From Eledone cirrhosa (Eukaryota): a DNA stretch of 64,000 nt. Positions 1 to 20,643 of the stretch are shown piece by piece. Numbering within the stretch: position 1 is the stretch's first letter; each line of letters opens with the position of its first letter. The notes beneath the pieces were generated by a model, which saw only the letters and a list, made by a program, of their open reading frames with translations, was not told the DNA's origin and did not search any database. The translations under genes and the position numbers were made by a program. The stretch covers positions 19,778,001-19,842,000 of the forward strand of contig OZ024763.1 in NCBI GenBank assembly GCA_964016885.1, read 5' to 3'.

Positions 1-49
1 ATAGGTGAGGAAATTCTGGCCGGATATGGCCGGTTTAAATGCTAAAGGG
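1..49. mobile_element. End of piggyBac-like MITE (runs off window)
   Basis: Ends ...AAATGCTAAAGGG followed by TTAA (50-53); same terminus as the MITEs at 28403-28995. Confidence 0.65.
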
Positions 50-383
50 TTAAACAATATATTTCAACCAAATCTGAATCAATTTACTTGAAAACTTGTA
101 GACTAATTTTTAACATTTTCAGCAATGTTAGAACAAAAAATTATTCAGCCTTAAGTCTACCACTGTAAAAGTGATTTATTTAAAGTATTAGATTGAATAT
201 TCAAGTGTCTTTTGTTGTTATGAAAACAGAAAAGGCTCTCTCTAGTGTTACAGAAGTATGGAGAAGGGGAGATGAGCTCAGGGTCTAGGGCAAGGTGGTA
301 TTGGAGCTGAGCCCATGAACAGGACTGCAAAAGTATTCCCGTGGACAATGATCAGCAACATCCACTGCAACAATATAATAGTA

Positions 384-1441
384 CAGGGTGATTGAAAAGT
401 AACTCCCTATTGAATGCTAAAAGGTACCTCACCATGTTGCAAGATGAAATCTGGCCAGTTATCAGTACTTGGGAGAATATTGAAGATTTGATTTAGCTAT
501 TGTGAATGGCAAAGCATAAATGAATTGAGAGAGAGACTGAGCATAAGAGGAATCAAATGCTGTGTGCAGGAGAGGAGGTTGCGTTGGTATAGACATGTGA
601 TGCGTATGAAGGATGACAGCTGCATAAAAAGGTGCAGAGCACTAGAAGTCGATGGAAGCCGCGGAGTGGGGAGACCCAAAAAGACCCGGACTGAAGTGAT
701 AAAAGCCAACCTTACCTAATTGCACCTCTCAAAGGCGATGGCACACGACTGTGACCTCTGGCGCCACGCAATAATACAGAAGACCCGACTTCCCACGGGT
801 ACAAGCCGAAGTTGAAGCATATAAACAATATGCCCCCACCCCCTCCCACTGTAAAGTGGACGTGTAGGCGCCACGGAAAAAAAAGCACGCAGCACTCACT
901 GTAAATGAGATTGGTGTTAGGAAGGGCATCCAGCTGTAGAAATCAAGCCAGAATCAGTTCCTGTATGAGCAAGACAAGGTCAGCCGACCGGACACTGCCC
1001 ACAACAGGACAACCCATCTAACCCATGCTAGCATGGAAGAACGGATGTAAAACACTGATAATGTTCATGAATGGCTGAATACCCATTCCCTGGGAGATGG
1101 ATGGGTCGTTGTGGTCCGTATGAGTGGCCAGTCAGAAGCCCTGACTTAACACCCTGCGACTGTTTTCTTTGGGGCTGGTTAAAAGAGCAAGTCTACTCTA
1201 CCAAACCAAAGACTTTTGAAAACTTGAAGGGTGAATTCGAGAAGTTATGTCTTCCATCCCACAAGAGTTCCTAGTGAAATCAGTTGATGTGGTCCCCGGG
1301 TGGCTTGAGATGCTGGTGGCGAATGCTGGTGCCCATATTGAAATTTAAATAAAACTCCATGCTATACGCTTTCTTCTCATATTCATTTCTTGTAAAAATT
1401 TTAAGAATTTTAAAATAAGGGGTTACTTTTCAATCATCCTG
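384..1441 (+). mobile_element. Internally deleted Tc1/mariner transposon, interrupted by an RTE
   Basis: 28-bp TIRs CAGGGTGATTGAAAAGTAACTCCCTATT (384-411) and 1414-1441 (3 mismatches), TA on both sides; transposase remnants YLTMLQDEIWP and WPVRSPDLTPCDCFLWGWLKEQVY. Confidence 0.9.
500..1064 (+). mobile_element. 5'-truncated RTE LINE inserted in the mariner
   Basis: RRLRWYRHVMRM...GRPKKT C-terminus and 3' UTR matching the copy at 3449-4612. Confidence 0.9.
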
Positions 1442-1709
1442 TATATATAGAGTAATGTAAATGCTAAAAGGTTTAAGGTGTCAGCAAATGGTTGGGAAGC
1501 GAACTTCTTAACCACACTGCAATGAGTGTGTGTATGCATGCATAGTCCCGTAACTCCTGATGGAGTTGTAGGGGTACCACAGTGTCATACAGCATTTCTA
1601 GAGCATTTTTTAAAGGTTGGTGGACCTCATCTCTTCCCATGTATGAACACAGCAGATTTCTTCCAGAGAAGGATAGATAGTAAGAAAGAGATATAAAAGA
1701 AGAAACAAT

Positions 1710-1840
1710 CACAGTACTTGACAGGTACTTTTTTTTTAGCGACCTGGAAAGGATAAGCGACAAAGTTAACCTCAGCAGGATTTGAACTCAGAGAGCCTGA
1801 ACAAATACCACAAAGCATTCTATCTGACATTCTAACGACA
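1710..1840 (-). mobile_element. Degenerate tRNA-derived SINE (family A) fragment
   Basis: AAAGTTAACCTCAGCAGGATTTGAACTCAG matches the reverse complement of the family A B-box region. Confidence 0.6.
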
Positions 1841-1884
1841 CACAATTCCTCGGCTACTGTACCTATAATAAAAAAGAAGAGACT

Positions 1885-2325
1885 TATTCTTCTACTTTGC
1901 CCACATTCCTGGGGGCAGTGGGTCCTGTCAGAAGCAACCGCCCTAATTGATCCAGCTGGATCTCCCAAGCATGACCAGCCAAGCTCACGGATGTTATCCA
2001 ACCATCTTGCTTAGGGTCTACCCCTGAGTCTCCTGTCAGTTGGTTTTGCCCATAAAATCTGTTCAGTGATTTTTTCGTGAGACATTCTAACCACATGCCC
2101 ATAGTATTGGAACTGTGTCCAGCAATTCTTTCCTGAGACATTCTAATCACATGCCTGTAGTATCGGAGCTGTGATCTCTCAATTCAGAGAAGTAGCAGCT
2201 CTAGCTGGAGCAACTCCAGTTATTCTTTGCTAAGACATTCTAACCACATGCCTAAAGTATTGGAGTTGTGGATGCTATCCAATAATCTTGTTCAGGGTCT
2301 ACCCCTGGGTCACCTGACGGTTGGT
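1885..2325 (-). pseudogene. Degenerate RTE-like LINE 3' coding end with internal tandem duplications
   Basis: Frameshifted GHVVRM...RGRP..RWLDNI motif; GAGACATTCTAACCACATGCC-like block repeated three times. Confidence 0.6.
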
Positions 2326-2438
2326 AAAAATAGAAGAGTCTACACTTACAGGATAAATTTAGTCAGCTGCTGATGAATCATCATCATTATTATCATCATT
2401 GATTAACGGCCATCTTCCATGCTAGCATGGGTTAGATG

Positions 2439-2720
2439 CAAGGGCCTTATTTCATGAGGGTACCAGGGGACAAGTCGCCCCCACACCACTTTTTCAAACG
2501 TCTATATTTTACTTTTTGTTTATTTGATATAAAAAATTATTTTTAAGGTTGTTCTTTTATATCTGAACTTCATTTGAATATCTCAAATTTAATTAGCATA
2601 AAACTTTACTTATGTGATAGGGTCCGGGAAAGGCACCATAAGCATTACTAATATGGTCCTTTAAGAATCAACAAATGTTGGTTTGTCCCTCTCACATTTT
2701 TAAGGCAAACGAGGCCCCTG
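2439..2720. mobile_element. hAT-like MITE inserted in an RTE 3' tail (tail 2378-2818, minus strand)
   Basis: 8-bp TSD GTTAGATG (2431-2438 and 2721-2728); TIRs CAAGGGCCT / AGGCCCCTG. Confidence 0.8.
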
Positions 2721-3129
2721 GTTAGATGGGTCCTATTTTGAGGCAAGTTGAACGTGTCTCGCTCATATAGGGTGTTTCTGGCAGGTTTTCTACGGCTGGG
2801 TGCCCTTCCTAGCACCAATATAAATATAAATCACTTACCCACAAAACTCTTCACGGTCCTTTTCATTAGCTGATTTATTCAAAATGGAACTCTGCTCGTC
2901 ATCAAACAATTTACGCAGAGAATTTAAACATTTGATGGCTGAATTGCATTTCTTAATATCTGTAACAGGAGACAAAGATGGTATTTTTTTGGCCAAAATA
3001 ATTTACTGAATATAGTGTACTCCCAGCATTCGTGGTGCTGGTTATTTGCGAAATTTTCCATAGAACCTAACTAATAATTGTTCATGGAAACGCCAATGCG
3101 GAATTGTAAATATCTTGCACAAATTTTTA

Positions 3130-3341
3130 ATATATATATCTTTATATATATATATATATCATCATCATTTAACGTCTGTATATATATGTACATATATATA
3201 TATGTATATATATATGTACATACATATATATATATATATATATATGTACATATATATATATATATATATGTACATATATATATATATATATATGTACATA
3301 TATATATATATATATATGTACATATATATATATATATGTAC

Positions 3342-3407
<66 letters not shown>

Positions 3408-3448
3408 GTATATATATATATACATATATATATATACATATATATATA
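3130..3448. repeat. (TA)n array with GTAC variant units
   Basis: Direct inspection. Confidence 0.95.
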
Positions 3449-4611
3449 CAAAGACTAAGGTCCTTATAAGTAGACGAGAAAACAGAACCCAGATCCCCTC
3501 AGGGAAATGGCCTTGCTCAGTATGTAGGAAAGGTGTAGGTAGGAACTCCATTCTTTGCCCCAAATGCAAACAATGGGTACACAAGAGATGTAGCGGGATC
3601 TCAGGAAGCTTAATTAAGAATGTAGGATTCACATGCAGCAGCTGTGCTGAAACAGCAAGCAAACAGCCACAGGAAACAAGTACCACCAATCTCTGGGAGG
3701 GCCCTGTAGAAACAGTAGACAGCTTCTGCTACCTAGGTGACCGAATTAGCAACGGAGGTGGGTGCTCAGAAAGTACAATAACTAGGGTAAGAACGGGATG
3801 GAAGAAGTTTAGGGAACTACTACCACTGCTAGCTGCAAAAGGCTTCTCCCTCAGAATGAAAGGCAGACTGTATGATGCGTGTATCCGAACAGCGATGTTG
3901 CATGGTAGTGAGACCTGGGCGCTGAAGGTGGAAGACTTACGTAGATTAGAGAGAAACGAAGCCTGCATGCTCCGATGGATGTGTAACAGTAATATACGTG
4001 AACGACAAAGCATAAATGAATTGAGAGAGAGACTGAGCATAAGAGGAATCAAATGCTGCGTGCAGGAGAGGCGGTTACGCTGGTATGGACATGTGATGCG
4101 TATGAAGGATGACAGCTGCATAAAAAGGTGCAGAGCACTAGAAGTTGATGGAAACCGCGGAGTGGGGAGACCCAAGATGACTTGGGATGAGGTGATAAAA
4201 GCCGACCTTACCCAACTACACCTCTCAAAGTCAATGACACACGACCGTGACTTCTGGCGTCACGCAGTAATACAGGGTACCCGACCTCCCATGGGTACAT
4301 GCTGAAGCATATAAATAATATGCCCCCCCCCCCCCCCACCGCAAGGTGGCCGTGGAGGTGCCACGGCAAAAAAGCACCCAGCCCACACTGTAAAGTGGAC
4401 GTGTAGGCGCCACGAAAAAGCACCCAGCACTCACTGTAAATGAGGTTGGTGTTAGGAAGGGCATCCAGCTGTAGAAATCAAGCCAGATCAGTTCCTGTAT
4501 GAGCAAGGCATGGTCAGCCGACCAGACACTGCCCACAACAGGACAACCCGTCTAACCCATGCTAGCGTGGAAGAACGGACGTAAAACGGTGATGATGATG
4601 ATGATGATGAT

Positions 4612-4612
<1 letters not shown>
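3449..4612 (+). mobile_element. 5'-truncated RTE LINE (PHD-type finger, RT thumb, 3' UTR, (GAT)n tail)
   Basis: KTKVL...[26 protein letters not shown]...FCYLGD...LHGSETW...[12 protein letters not shown], open to 4305; tail GATGATGAT. Confidence 0.95.
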
Positions 4613-5775
<1,163 letters not shown>

Positions 5776-6032
5776 TAAGGATATATATATGGATATTTCT
5801 AAGGATATATATATTAAAAAATCGTGCGTATATACGTATACATACATACTTACATTTAAGTAAGTGCCATACTAAGAGTGAGAAATGAAATTTCGTTTTC
5901 ATTTTATTACAACTTATCGTTTTCGGTACGCCTGGCCGAACTCACTCGATATGCAAATTAGGCTGCTCAGCCGTTAATTTTCATAAGGAAAGTATATACT
6001 TTCGAACGTTCAACCATCTGGCAGAAGGGTAT

Positions 6033-6075
6033 ACGGTGCTGATGATAGCTAACAAGCTTGAAACTAGTACATCGT
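6033..6075 (+). ncRNA. Type I minimal hammerhead ribozyme
   Basis: Stem I ACGGTG/CATCGT, core CTGATGA, stem II T-AGCT-AACA-AGCT-T, GAA, palindromic ACTAGT stem III, GUA cleavage triplet (after 6069). Confidence 0.85.
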
Positions 6076-6236
6076 TCCTGTGTCAGTGTTGAACAAAAAG
6101 GTGACGTGGTTGCCTTAACACCGTACGGCATAAATTCAGGCTGTTCAGTTTGTTTACAAACGAACAAAGCGGGCGTTATAATAAGCGTCCGCTAAACTGA
6201 TACGTACATATATGTATGTGTACCTGTATGTATATA

Positions 6237-6269
<33 letters not shown>

Positions 6270-6487
6270 GCATGCTACTGTACGTCTGTATACATATATA
6301 TATGTACGTATACATACATACTTACATTTAAGTAAGTGCCGTACTAAGAGTGAGAAATGAAATTTCATTTTCATTTTATTACAACCTATATATACATATA
6401 TATACATATATATATATATACATACATATATATATATATATATATACATATATATACATATATATATATACATATATATACATATAT

Positions 6488-6833
6488 ATCATCATCATCA
6501 TCATCATCATCATTTTACGTCTGCTTTTCCCTGCTTGCAAAGGTGGGACGGGAACTGATTCTGGCTTGATTTCTACAGCTGGATGCCCTTCCTAACACCA
6601 ACCTCATTTACAGTGAGTGCTGGGTGCTTTTTTGCCGTGGCACCTCCACGACCACTTTACAGTGGAATGATAGGGACCTCAGTCCCTATCATCTCATTTC
6701 TACAGCTGAGTAAACTGGAGCAATGTGAAATAAAGTGTCTTGCTCAAGGAAACAACACATCACCCGGTCTGAGTATTGAACTCACAACCTTTCGATTGCA
6801 AGCCCAATGCTCTAACCACTAAGCCATGTGCCT

Positions 6834-6836
<3 letters not shown>
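6488..6836 (-). mobile_element. tRNA-head + CORE-like body + RTE-tail SINE (family B)
   Basis: A box TGGCTTAGTGG, B box GAGTTCAATAC, TTCCTTGAGCAAGACACTT CORE-like block, RTE 3' UTR and (GAT)n tail. Confidence 0.8.
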
Positions 6837-6904
<68 letters not shown>

Positions 6905-7021
6905 CATATATATACATATATATACATATATATACATATATATATACATATATATACATATATATATATATATACATACATACACATATATATATATATA
7001 CATACACATATATATATACAC

Positions 7022-7054
<33 letters not shown>

Positions 7055-7249
7055 CATACATATATATATATACATATATATATATATACATACATACACA
7101 TATATATATATACATACACATATATACATACATACACATATATACATACATACACACATATATATATACATATATATATATATATACATACACATATATA
7201 CATACATACACACATATATATATATACATATATATACATATATACATAT

Positions 7250-7490
7250 ATGGTGGCTGCCAACTCGTTTTCGAGTACGGCCACTACTTTATATCCATGT
7301 AGGAGAACCCCTACCGATGCGCTGAACGTGACTTTTTGGGCAGCCAGCGACTTGAAAACCCTGGTACAAACACTACACTTGTGACAATTATTGACACATA
7401 ATGATGGGCCCATGGTACCATGTGACGACAAGTGCAGAGAGATCTCCAGATACAAAGCAATGCCTGTGCCGTGAAGCTTTTATAGTGAGC
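7250..7490 (-). mobile_element. 3' part of short RTE derivative (C2H2-finger family)
   Basis: [15 protein letters not shown]; matches 23059-23300 and 52014-52260. Confidence 0.8.
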
Positions 7491-7681
7491 ATTCCTTTTA
7501 ATTTCAGTTTATTTTGACCATGCCTTTATTTTTAAATTTTCTCATTCCTTGTATTTTGATCATGCTTTATTTTTATTTTTTATCTTTATTTGTTTTTTTT
7601 CATTCGCACCGTTTCCTTTCGCTATATGTCTCTCCACCACTCCCCTACACACCTTTTGAACTCTGTTCCCACACACTTCTC

Positions 7682-7713
7682 ACCTGAGGAAGGGCTTATG
7701 CCCGAAACGTCGT
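7682..7713 (+). ncRNA. Minimal hammerhead ribozyme in a Penelope-like pLTR stub
   Basis: AC-CTGAGGA-A-GGGC-TTAT-GCCC-GAAACGTC-GT; only 2 bp of stem I remain; downstream AATAAA tail is shared with about 52636-52695. Confidence 0.7.
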
Positions 7714-7857
7714 CCCCCACCTACCCCCCACTCTCCTGAGTGTGAAATTAATAAACATTTATTGTACTGCCTCTCTATTTTGTCCCTGTTCAAATTTTTC
7801 CATTATATGTATATATATATATACATACATACATACACATATATACATATACATATA

Positions 7858-7968
7858 TCATCATCATCATCATCAGTGTTTAACGTCCATCTTCCACGCG
7901 AGCAGGGTTTGGACGGGAATTTTCCCACTTGAGGCAAGATTGGTTGTCTTGCTCGTATAGGACTGTCT
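7858..7968 (-). mobile_element. RTE 3' tail fragment
   Basis: (CAT)n followed by GTTTAACGTCCATCTTCCACGC. Confidence 0.8.
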
Positions 7969-8056
7969 GTATATATATATATACATATATATATACATAT
8001 ATATATATATATACATATATATATACATATATATATATATATACATATATATATAC

Positions 8057-8103
<47 letters not shown>

Positions 8104-8224
8104 TATATACATATATATATACATATATATATATATATACATATATATATACATATATATACATATATATATATATACATATATATATACATATATATAT
8201 ACGTATATATATACACATATATTC

Positions 8225-8525
8225 CAAGGCGGTTAAAATTCCCGAGATCCATGGACGAGTTCTCTCCAGCGGTCTCTGTCCCTCATTATCGCTGCCATGT
8301 CCTGCGTCTCCAACAGACCAGTGTCTGTCCTTAGGGAATGAACATACGTTAACCTTGGTCTTCCTCTTCCAGTGTGTCCATGTAGGGGCTCCCACAGGAG
8401 CACTGAGTGCAATGTCAACTCTGGATGTCGGTGAGCATGTCCAGCTAACCTCAGTCTCCTCTGAGGATGAAAACTCAGAGCTGCATGGGAGCATCCCAAA
8501 AGTCAGCTCAAAAGTGACACAGAGG
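8225..8525 (-). mobile_element. RTEX-like LINE 3' end
   Basis: [15 protein letters not shown]...[19 protein letters not shown]...IMRDRDRWR. Confidence 0.75.
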
Positions 8526-8543
8526 ATATACATATATATATAC

Positions 8544-8589
<46 letters not shown>

Positions 8590-9315
8590 ACATATACATA
8601 TATACATATATATATATACATATACATATATATATATACATATACATATATATATATAGATATATACATATACATATATATACATATACATATATACATA
8701 TACATATATATATATACATATATATATATACACATATATATATATACACATATATATATATACACATATATATATATACACATATATATATATACACATA
8801 TATATATATACATATATATATATACATATATATATATACATATATACATATACATATATATATACATATATATATATACATATATATATATACATATATA
8901 TATATACATATATATATATACATATATATATATACATATATATATATACATATATATATATACATATATATATATACATATATATATATATACATATATA
9001 CATATACATATATACATATACATATATATATATATACATATATATATATACATATATATATATACATATATATATATACATATACATACATATATATATA
9101 TATATATACATATATATACATATATATACTTATATATATACATATATATATACATATATATATACATATATATACATATATATACGTATATATATACATT
9201 TATATATATACATATATATACGTATATATATACATATATATATATACATATATATACATATATATATACATATATATATATACATATATATACATATATA
9301 TATATTTATCTATCT

Positions 9316-9485
9316 AAGGCGGGTAAAATTCCCGAGATCCATGGACGAGTTCTCTCCAGCGGTCTCTGTCCCTCATTATCGCTGCCATGTCCTGCATCTC
9401 CAACAGACCAGTGTCTGTCCTTAGGGCATCAACATACTTTAACCTTGGTCTTCCTCTTCTAGTGTGTCCATGTAGGAGCCCCTAC
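9316..9485 (-). mobile_element. Second copy of the RTEX-like 3' end
   Basis: Near-identical to 8227-8395. Confidence 0.75.
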
Positions 9486-9515
9486 ATATATATATATATA
9501 CATATACATATCTAT

Positions 9516-11334
9516 AAACAAATCTAAGAGCAGAATCCCTAGAAACAGAAAAACGCTCATCAGAAAAATTAAGAGAACGAACAAAAAAAATCAACAAGCT
9601 GAAATACTGTCAGCAGCAACACATCAACTTGACTGCCATTTCATCACTAGAGATTAAAAAACATAACCTCCAAAACAACATAATGTCCCTCATCAACAAT
9701 CAGAGAAGAGCTGAAGAGGCCTGGGCCATTGAGAAGATCAAACTCAATCCCAAAGTGTTCTTTTCATTTGCAAAAAAACACAAAATCACTGGCTCTACTG
9801 TTGGCCCTCTAATTGATGAAAATGGCACTCTTCAAGACAATGCTAAAACCATGGGTGAGATACTGCAGAAACAATACTGCTCTGTTTTCAGCAATCCTGA
9901 TATGGCCGATCTGGGCTGTATCGGCGATGTTACTCCCCATTACACCTTATCGGACATAACGTTTGGCGCCCCTGATGTCTTGGCGGCAATAAAGGAAATC
10001 AAGCATAATTCAGCAGTAGGTCCCGATAGGTTCCCTGCTTGTGTCTTGAAGGCGTGTCAACACCAACTTGCATCTCCTCTTGCCAATCTGTGGCGGAACT
10101 CACTGGATGCTGGATATGTGCCAGAAAACCTTCTATCCCAGTCTGTTGTCCCAGTTTTCAAAAAGGGAAACAAATCCCTTGCCGTGAATTACTGTCCAAT
10201 CTCACTCACCTCTCATATCATTAAGGTATTTGAGAGAGTGGTGAGATCGCGAATGACCCACTTCCTTGAGAGTAACAATATGCTGAACTCCAACCAGCAT
10301 GGATTCCGTAATGGAAGGGATTGCCTGACGCAGCTACTGCATCACTTTGATGACATTTTGAGAGCCTTGGGAGAGGGTTCCAACACTGATGTTATCTACC
10401 TTGATTTCAGCAAGGCCTTTGACAGGGTTGATCATAACATTCTACTGAGAAAGCTGTCCAATATTGGTGTCACTGGAAAGCTGCTGCAGTGGATCAAGAG
10501 CTTCCTGTCAAACAGAACCCAACATGTTGTAGTTGAGGGAGTCAAATCCAGCCCAGCCAAAGTCAGTAGTGGGGTCCCACAAGGCACTGTGTTGGGCCCA
10601 CTTCTCTTCATCATCTATATTAATGACATCACTGACATCATCAAACACAGCAACATTAAAATTTTCGCTGATGATTCCAAGCTCCAAAAGGTCATCAATG
10701 GCGTGGATGACCGGATAAGCCTTCAGTCAGACCTACTGGCTGTTACCCAATGGGCGGAAAAGAACAACATGTTACTGAACGAAGACAAATTCGAACTGAT
10801 CCACTTTGGAAAAGAGGATGCTCTGAAACTCCCGTACTCCCTTCCCTCCGGGGAAACTCTCGTGGCATCTAACAACATCAGAGACTTGGGAGTAACCGTG
10901 GACAGCAACATAAGCTGGACCACGCATATAAGCAGCAAAGTTGACATGGCCCGCAGAATGTGTTCCTGGATCCTCAGAACCTTCCAGTCGAGAGATTCCC
11001 ACACCATTATCCTTCTCTTCTCTACTTTTGCCCGACCACACCTTGAATACTGTTGTCCACTGTGGTCTCCCCACACGAAACAAAGTATCATGAAACTTGA
11101 AGCTCCTCAAAGGGCAATCACGAAAAAGATAGATGGCATGTCAGACCTTGACTACTGGGGTCGATTAAAAAACCTGAAACTTTACTCACTCCAACGTCGC
11201 CGTGAGCGTTATATTATCTGCATGATGTGGAAAATGTTCCATCATCACTGCCCAAATGATGTTGGCATCGCCTTCAAGATACACCCAAGGCTTGGGCCCC
11301 GTGCTATCCGTCCCATTCAAAAATCTAAATCGCA
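9516..11334 (+). mobile_element. CR1-clade LINE, reverse transcriptase region, 5'-truncated and cut by the assembly gap
   Basis: Open frame 9629-11334 with QHGFRNGRDC, YLDFSKAFDRVDH, SGVPQGTVLGPLLF, FADD, RPHLEYCCPLWSP. Confidence 0.93.
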
Positions 11335-11534
11335 NNNNNNNNNNNNNNNNNNNNNNNNNNNNNNNNNNNNNNNNNNNNNNNNNNNNNNNNNNNNNNNNNN
11401 NNNNNNNNNNNNNNNNNNNNNNNNNNNNNNNNNNNNNNNNNNNNNNNNNNNNNNNNNNNNNNNNNNNNNNNNNNNNNNNNNNNNNNNNNNNNNNNNNNNN
11501 NNNNNNNNNNNNNNNNNNNNNNNNNNNNNNNNNN
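11335..11534. other. Assembly gap (200 N)
   Basis: Run of exactly 200 N. Confidence 1.
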
Positions 11535-16871
<5,337 letters not shown>

Positions 16872-16872
16872 A

Positions 16873-17058
16873 GGGCGGTGAATTGGTAGTATCGGTAGAG
16901 GGTTGGACGCCATGCTTTCTAGCATAGTTACGTCCCTTTACAGTCTGAGTTCAAATCCCGCCGAGGTTAACTTTGCCTTTCATCCTTACGGGGTCGATAA
17001 ATAAAGTACCAGTAATGTACTGGGTAATTGCTGGCCTTGTGCCAAATGTAGAAACAAT
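16873..17058 (+). mobile_element. tRNA-derived SINE family A (Meta-domain-like core), full length
   Basis: B box GAGTTCAAATCC; core CTTTGCCTTTCATCCTTACGGGGTCGATAAATAAAGTACCAG; more than a dozen copies in the window. Meta-domain assignment is from memory. Confidence 0.85.
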
Positions 17059-17771
17059 ATATATATATATGTATATATATATATGTATATATATATATGT
17101 ATATATATATATGTATATATATATATGTATATATATATATGTATATATATATATGTATATATATGTATGTATATATATATATGTATATATATATATGTAT
17201 ATATATATATGTATATATATATATGTATATATATATATGTATATATATATATGTATATATATATATGTATATATATGTATGTATATATATATATGTATGT
17301 ATATATATATATATAAGTTATTCAAAGTTATATATGTATATGTACATACATATATCATATACATACATACTATACTTATATATATATGTATATATACATA
17401 TATACATACTCATATATATACATATATATATATGTATATACATGTATATATACATATATATATACACATATATATATATACATATATATATACATATATT
17501 GCCAGAATTAATAACAGAACACACTCACTGTTTGGTTGGTTTTCGCTTCTCGCTGTCTTTTATATCTGCGATCTAACTTACTCGGTCCTCAATGTTGCCA
17601 TTGACTGACCAACGGTCAAAAATAATACAGATACAATATAGATACAAACACATATATATAGTTTACATAATTTACATAAATCTTTTGTTGCACATCTGCA
17701 ACATCGTCAGTGGAGTTATATTCTTTGTTCCTCCTGTTGTGTTGTATGTCTACGCCATTTTTTATTCATAT

Positions 17772-18014
17772 ATAGTCATACCCAACGTATCAATTGTTTT
17801 GCTTTTTGAAATGATGAAAATAGCATTTTCTATTAATCATCACCATCAACATCACTTTTATTATTATTATTATTGTTGTTGTTGTTGTTAGTGGTCGTGT
17901 TCAACAACAACAATAATAATAATAATAAAAGTGATGTTGATGGTGATGATTAATAGAAAATGCTATTTTCATCATTTCAAAAAGCAAAACAATTGATACG
18001 TTGGATATGACTAT
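17772..18014. repeat. Near-perfect fold-back palindrome, arms about 115 bp
   Basis: ATAGTCATACCCAACG...TTGTTG is the reverse complement of CAACAA...CGTTGGATATGACTAT; spacer about 15 bp. Confidence 0.95.
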
Positions 18015-18220
18015 TGGTCGTTAACATGCTCAACCAGCCGTGACGCTTAAACCAATCAGCTGTAGTAATTCAGTGAAACTACACACTGATTGGTCAAAAT
18101 ACAGTTTACAGGGCTTTGCATTCTGGAGCCACTTTTCTCTGTATAAAATGTATAAAAGGTAGTAAATTTACCCATCTCATTACAGTTGAAAATTGCAAAC
18201 TCGACTGTCACCACATATTA

Positions 18221-18259
18221 TGAACCTGAAGATTGCGAAAGCATGAAAGTACTTGTTCA
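18221..18259 (+). ncRNA. Type I minimal hammerhead ribozyme
   Basis: Stem I TGAAC/GTTCA, CTGAAGA, stem II T-TGC-GAAA-GCA-T, GAA, palindromic AGTACT, CUU triplet. Confidence 0.85.
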
Positions 18260-18417
18260 ATTAACACTTAGAATTTAATATTCTATCATACTATTTCATT
18301 ATAATACCATATTATATATATTTTAAAGGATTGTAAATATAACGAGTAAATCAGACAAAGTTGGAATTCCTCTTATTAATATATGTATATATATATATTA
18401 ATATATGTATATATATA

Positions 18418-18497
<80 letters not shown>

Positions 18498-18503
18498 CAT
18501 ATA

Positions 18504-18569
<66 letters not shown>

Positions 18570-18573
18570 TATG

Positions 18574-18705
<132 letters not shown>

Positions 18706-18978
18706 TATACATATATATGTATATATACATATATATACATATATCTGGTGACTACACGTGGGAATACGCATCTCCTCATAAGGTTGTATTTTGAATATTA
18801 ATCGTGATTACTCTGGCTAATTTACTGTGAAACTACATTATCTGCGACCAGTGAGAGCAACTGTTATGGGTTTTTGACTTTTGTTAGCTGGGTAAGATAT
18901 TTTTGTGTAACATATCCGCGTAGATTTGGGTGTCCGGTGCGGTGTATGTGAGTATGTATATATTTATGTGTATACGTG

Positions 18979-19025
<47 letters not shown>

Positions 19026-19868
19026 TGTCTCTGTATATATGTGTACGTATACTGTCTCTGTATATACATGTCTGTGTGTATGTGTGTATGTATAAGTATA
19101 CATATACTGTCTCTGGACTAACCCTAATGTTGCGTACATTCGTGCGATGCCGGATTGTTGCTCAATGTTGTGATTTTGTGGTTATCGGCTTTGGAAGCTA
19201 TTTGTTATGCACGTTGTTGAGCTTTCTTATATTAAATGGTATGCATATAACCTGCTTCACCTGACTGTGTTTTACCACCTGCACTTGCCTGCTTCTGCTC
19301 ACTAATGTGCGCCTCAGTTATTTGCCTCTTGATGTTCGTGCTGCTGTATATGAATTTGCCTGCAACCTTCCCAGCATATGCTCCTGCTTGTGATATGGAT
19401 TCACCTTGTTAACCAATTAATTCTTGCCTGAGTGCTCAACTCTATGAATGCACATCTGTGTATTGAACTTTGGAGTGTGAACTTTTTCGGATTGCCCAAC
19501 CGCTCAACTCTATGATTGCACACCTGTGGATTGAACTTTGGAGTGTGAACTTTTGGGACTGTCCAACCTGGGATGTTTCCATTGCATTGTAATGGTCCAC
19601 TCAATCTAGTGCGGACATAGCATCTGTTCATAAAAAATCTCATTCGAACACTCTATTGTTGAACTGCGGCTAACTGCAACACCTAAGGCGTTCGAGTGCT
19701 CCTGATATATTCCATATATCACCATGAGTCAACACTAGTGTCACCTTAGGATTTCTATAATAATATTATTATTACATGCCCTAATAATTACCATCTTGAT
19801 TACCCTTATTACGTCTTTTTACCCCCAGTTACATCTTTATAAATATGCATTACTTGGACTGATATGTG

Positions 19869-19926
<58 letters not shown>

Positions 19927-20643
19927 TTATACATACGTCTCTTTTATATATATTTTTTATATATATTTTTGTATATATATTTTTGTGTATTTTATATGTT
20001 GTACGTATATCACTTGTTGAACATAGCTTGATAGCTTATGCATTTGCCAGTCTTATCTTTACCCACACCTTCCTTTATGGTGTATATTTTACTCCATTTT
20101 TTTTTTTGGTGTATTGTTTTATTTATCTTCTGGTGTATATTTTACTTTACTTTATTTTATTTTATTTTATTTTTTATCTTTTATCTATTTTTTATCTATT
20201 TTTTTTATCTATTTTTATTTATTTATTTTTTATCTATTTTTATCTACCTCTTATCTATTTTTTATCTATCTCTATCTCTTAACTTGAGCCCATCTGTCTA
20301 TGATATGTTATTTGTATTAGTGTATACTGTATGTGTTGAATACGGGTGCTTGTGTGTAGGTGCATGCGGGTGCTCATGCTTATGCATATACTTGTATGTA
20401 GCTGTATGTTAACGGAACCCTGCCCAACTGTGAGTGATAACATTTCTTATTTTTCATTTTTTATTTTTCATTTTTATTTTTATTTTTATTTTTACTCTTA
20501 TTTTTATGTTTATTTTTATTTTACTCTTTTCTTATTTTACTCCTTTTACTTTACTCTTTAAACTCCTCCCAACTTATGGTATCCCCACATATATTCTTCT
20601 GTTTTGGCTTGTCGATGCTTGTATACTATGTATTTACTCTTTA

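Noticed and set aside
5905-5955. Minus-strand hairpin ending in GAAA as another hammerhead
   Set aside because: Core reads CGAGTGA and no consistent stem I/III junction could be built
9711-10680. CTGAAGA and CTGATGA heptamers inside the CR1 ORF (also 2369, 8461, 57008)
   Set aside because: No matching stems with GAAA and NUH; chance matches
18745-19790. Non-microsatellite stretch as a host exon (also 27560-28050, 29880-30060, 31880-32060)
   Set aside because: No recognisable protein motif or convincing splice-bounded ORF; left unassigned
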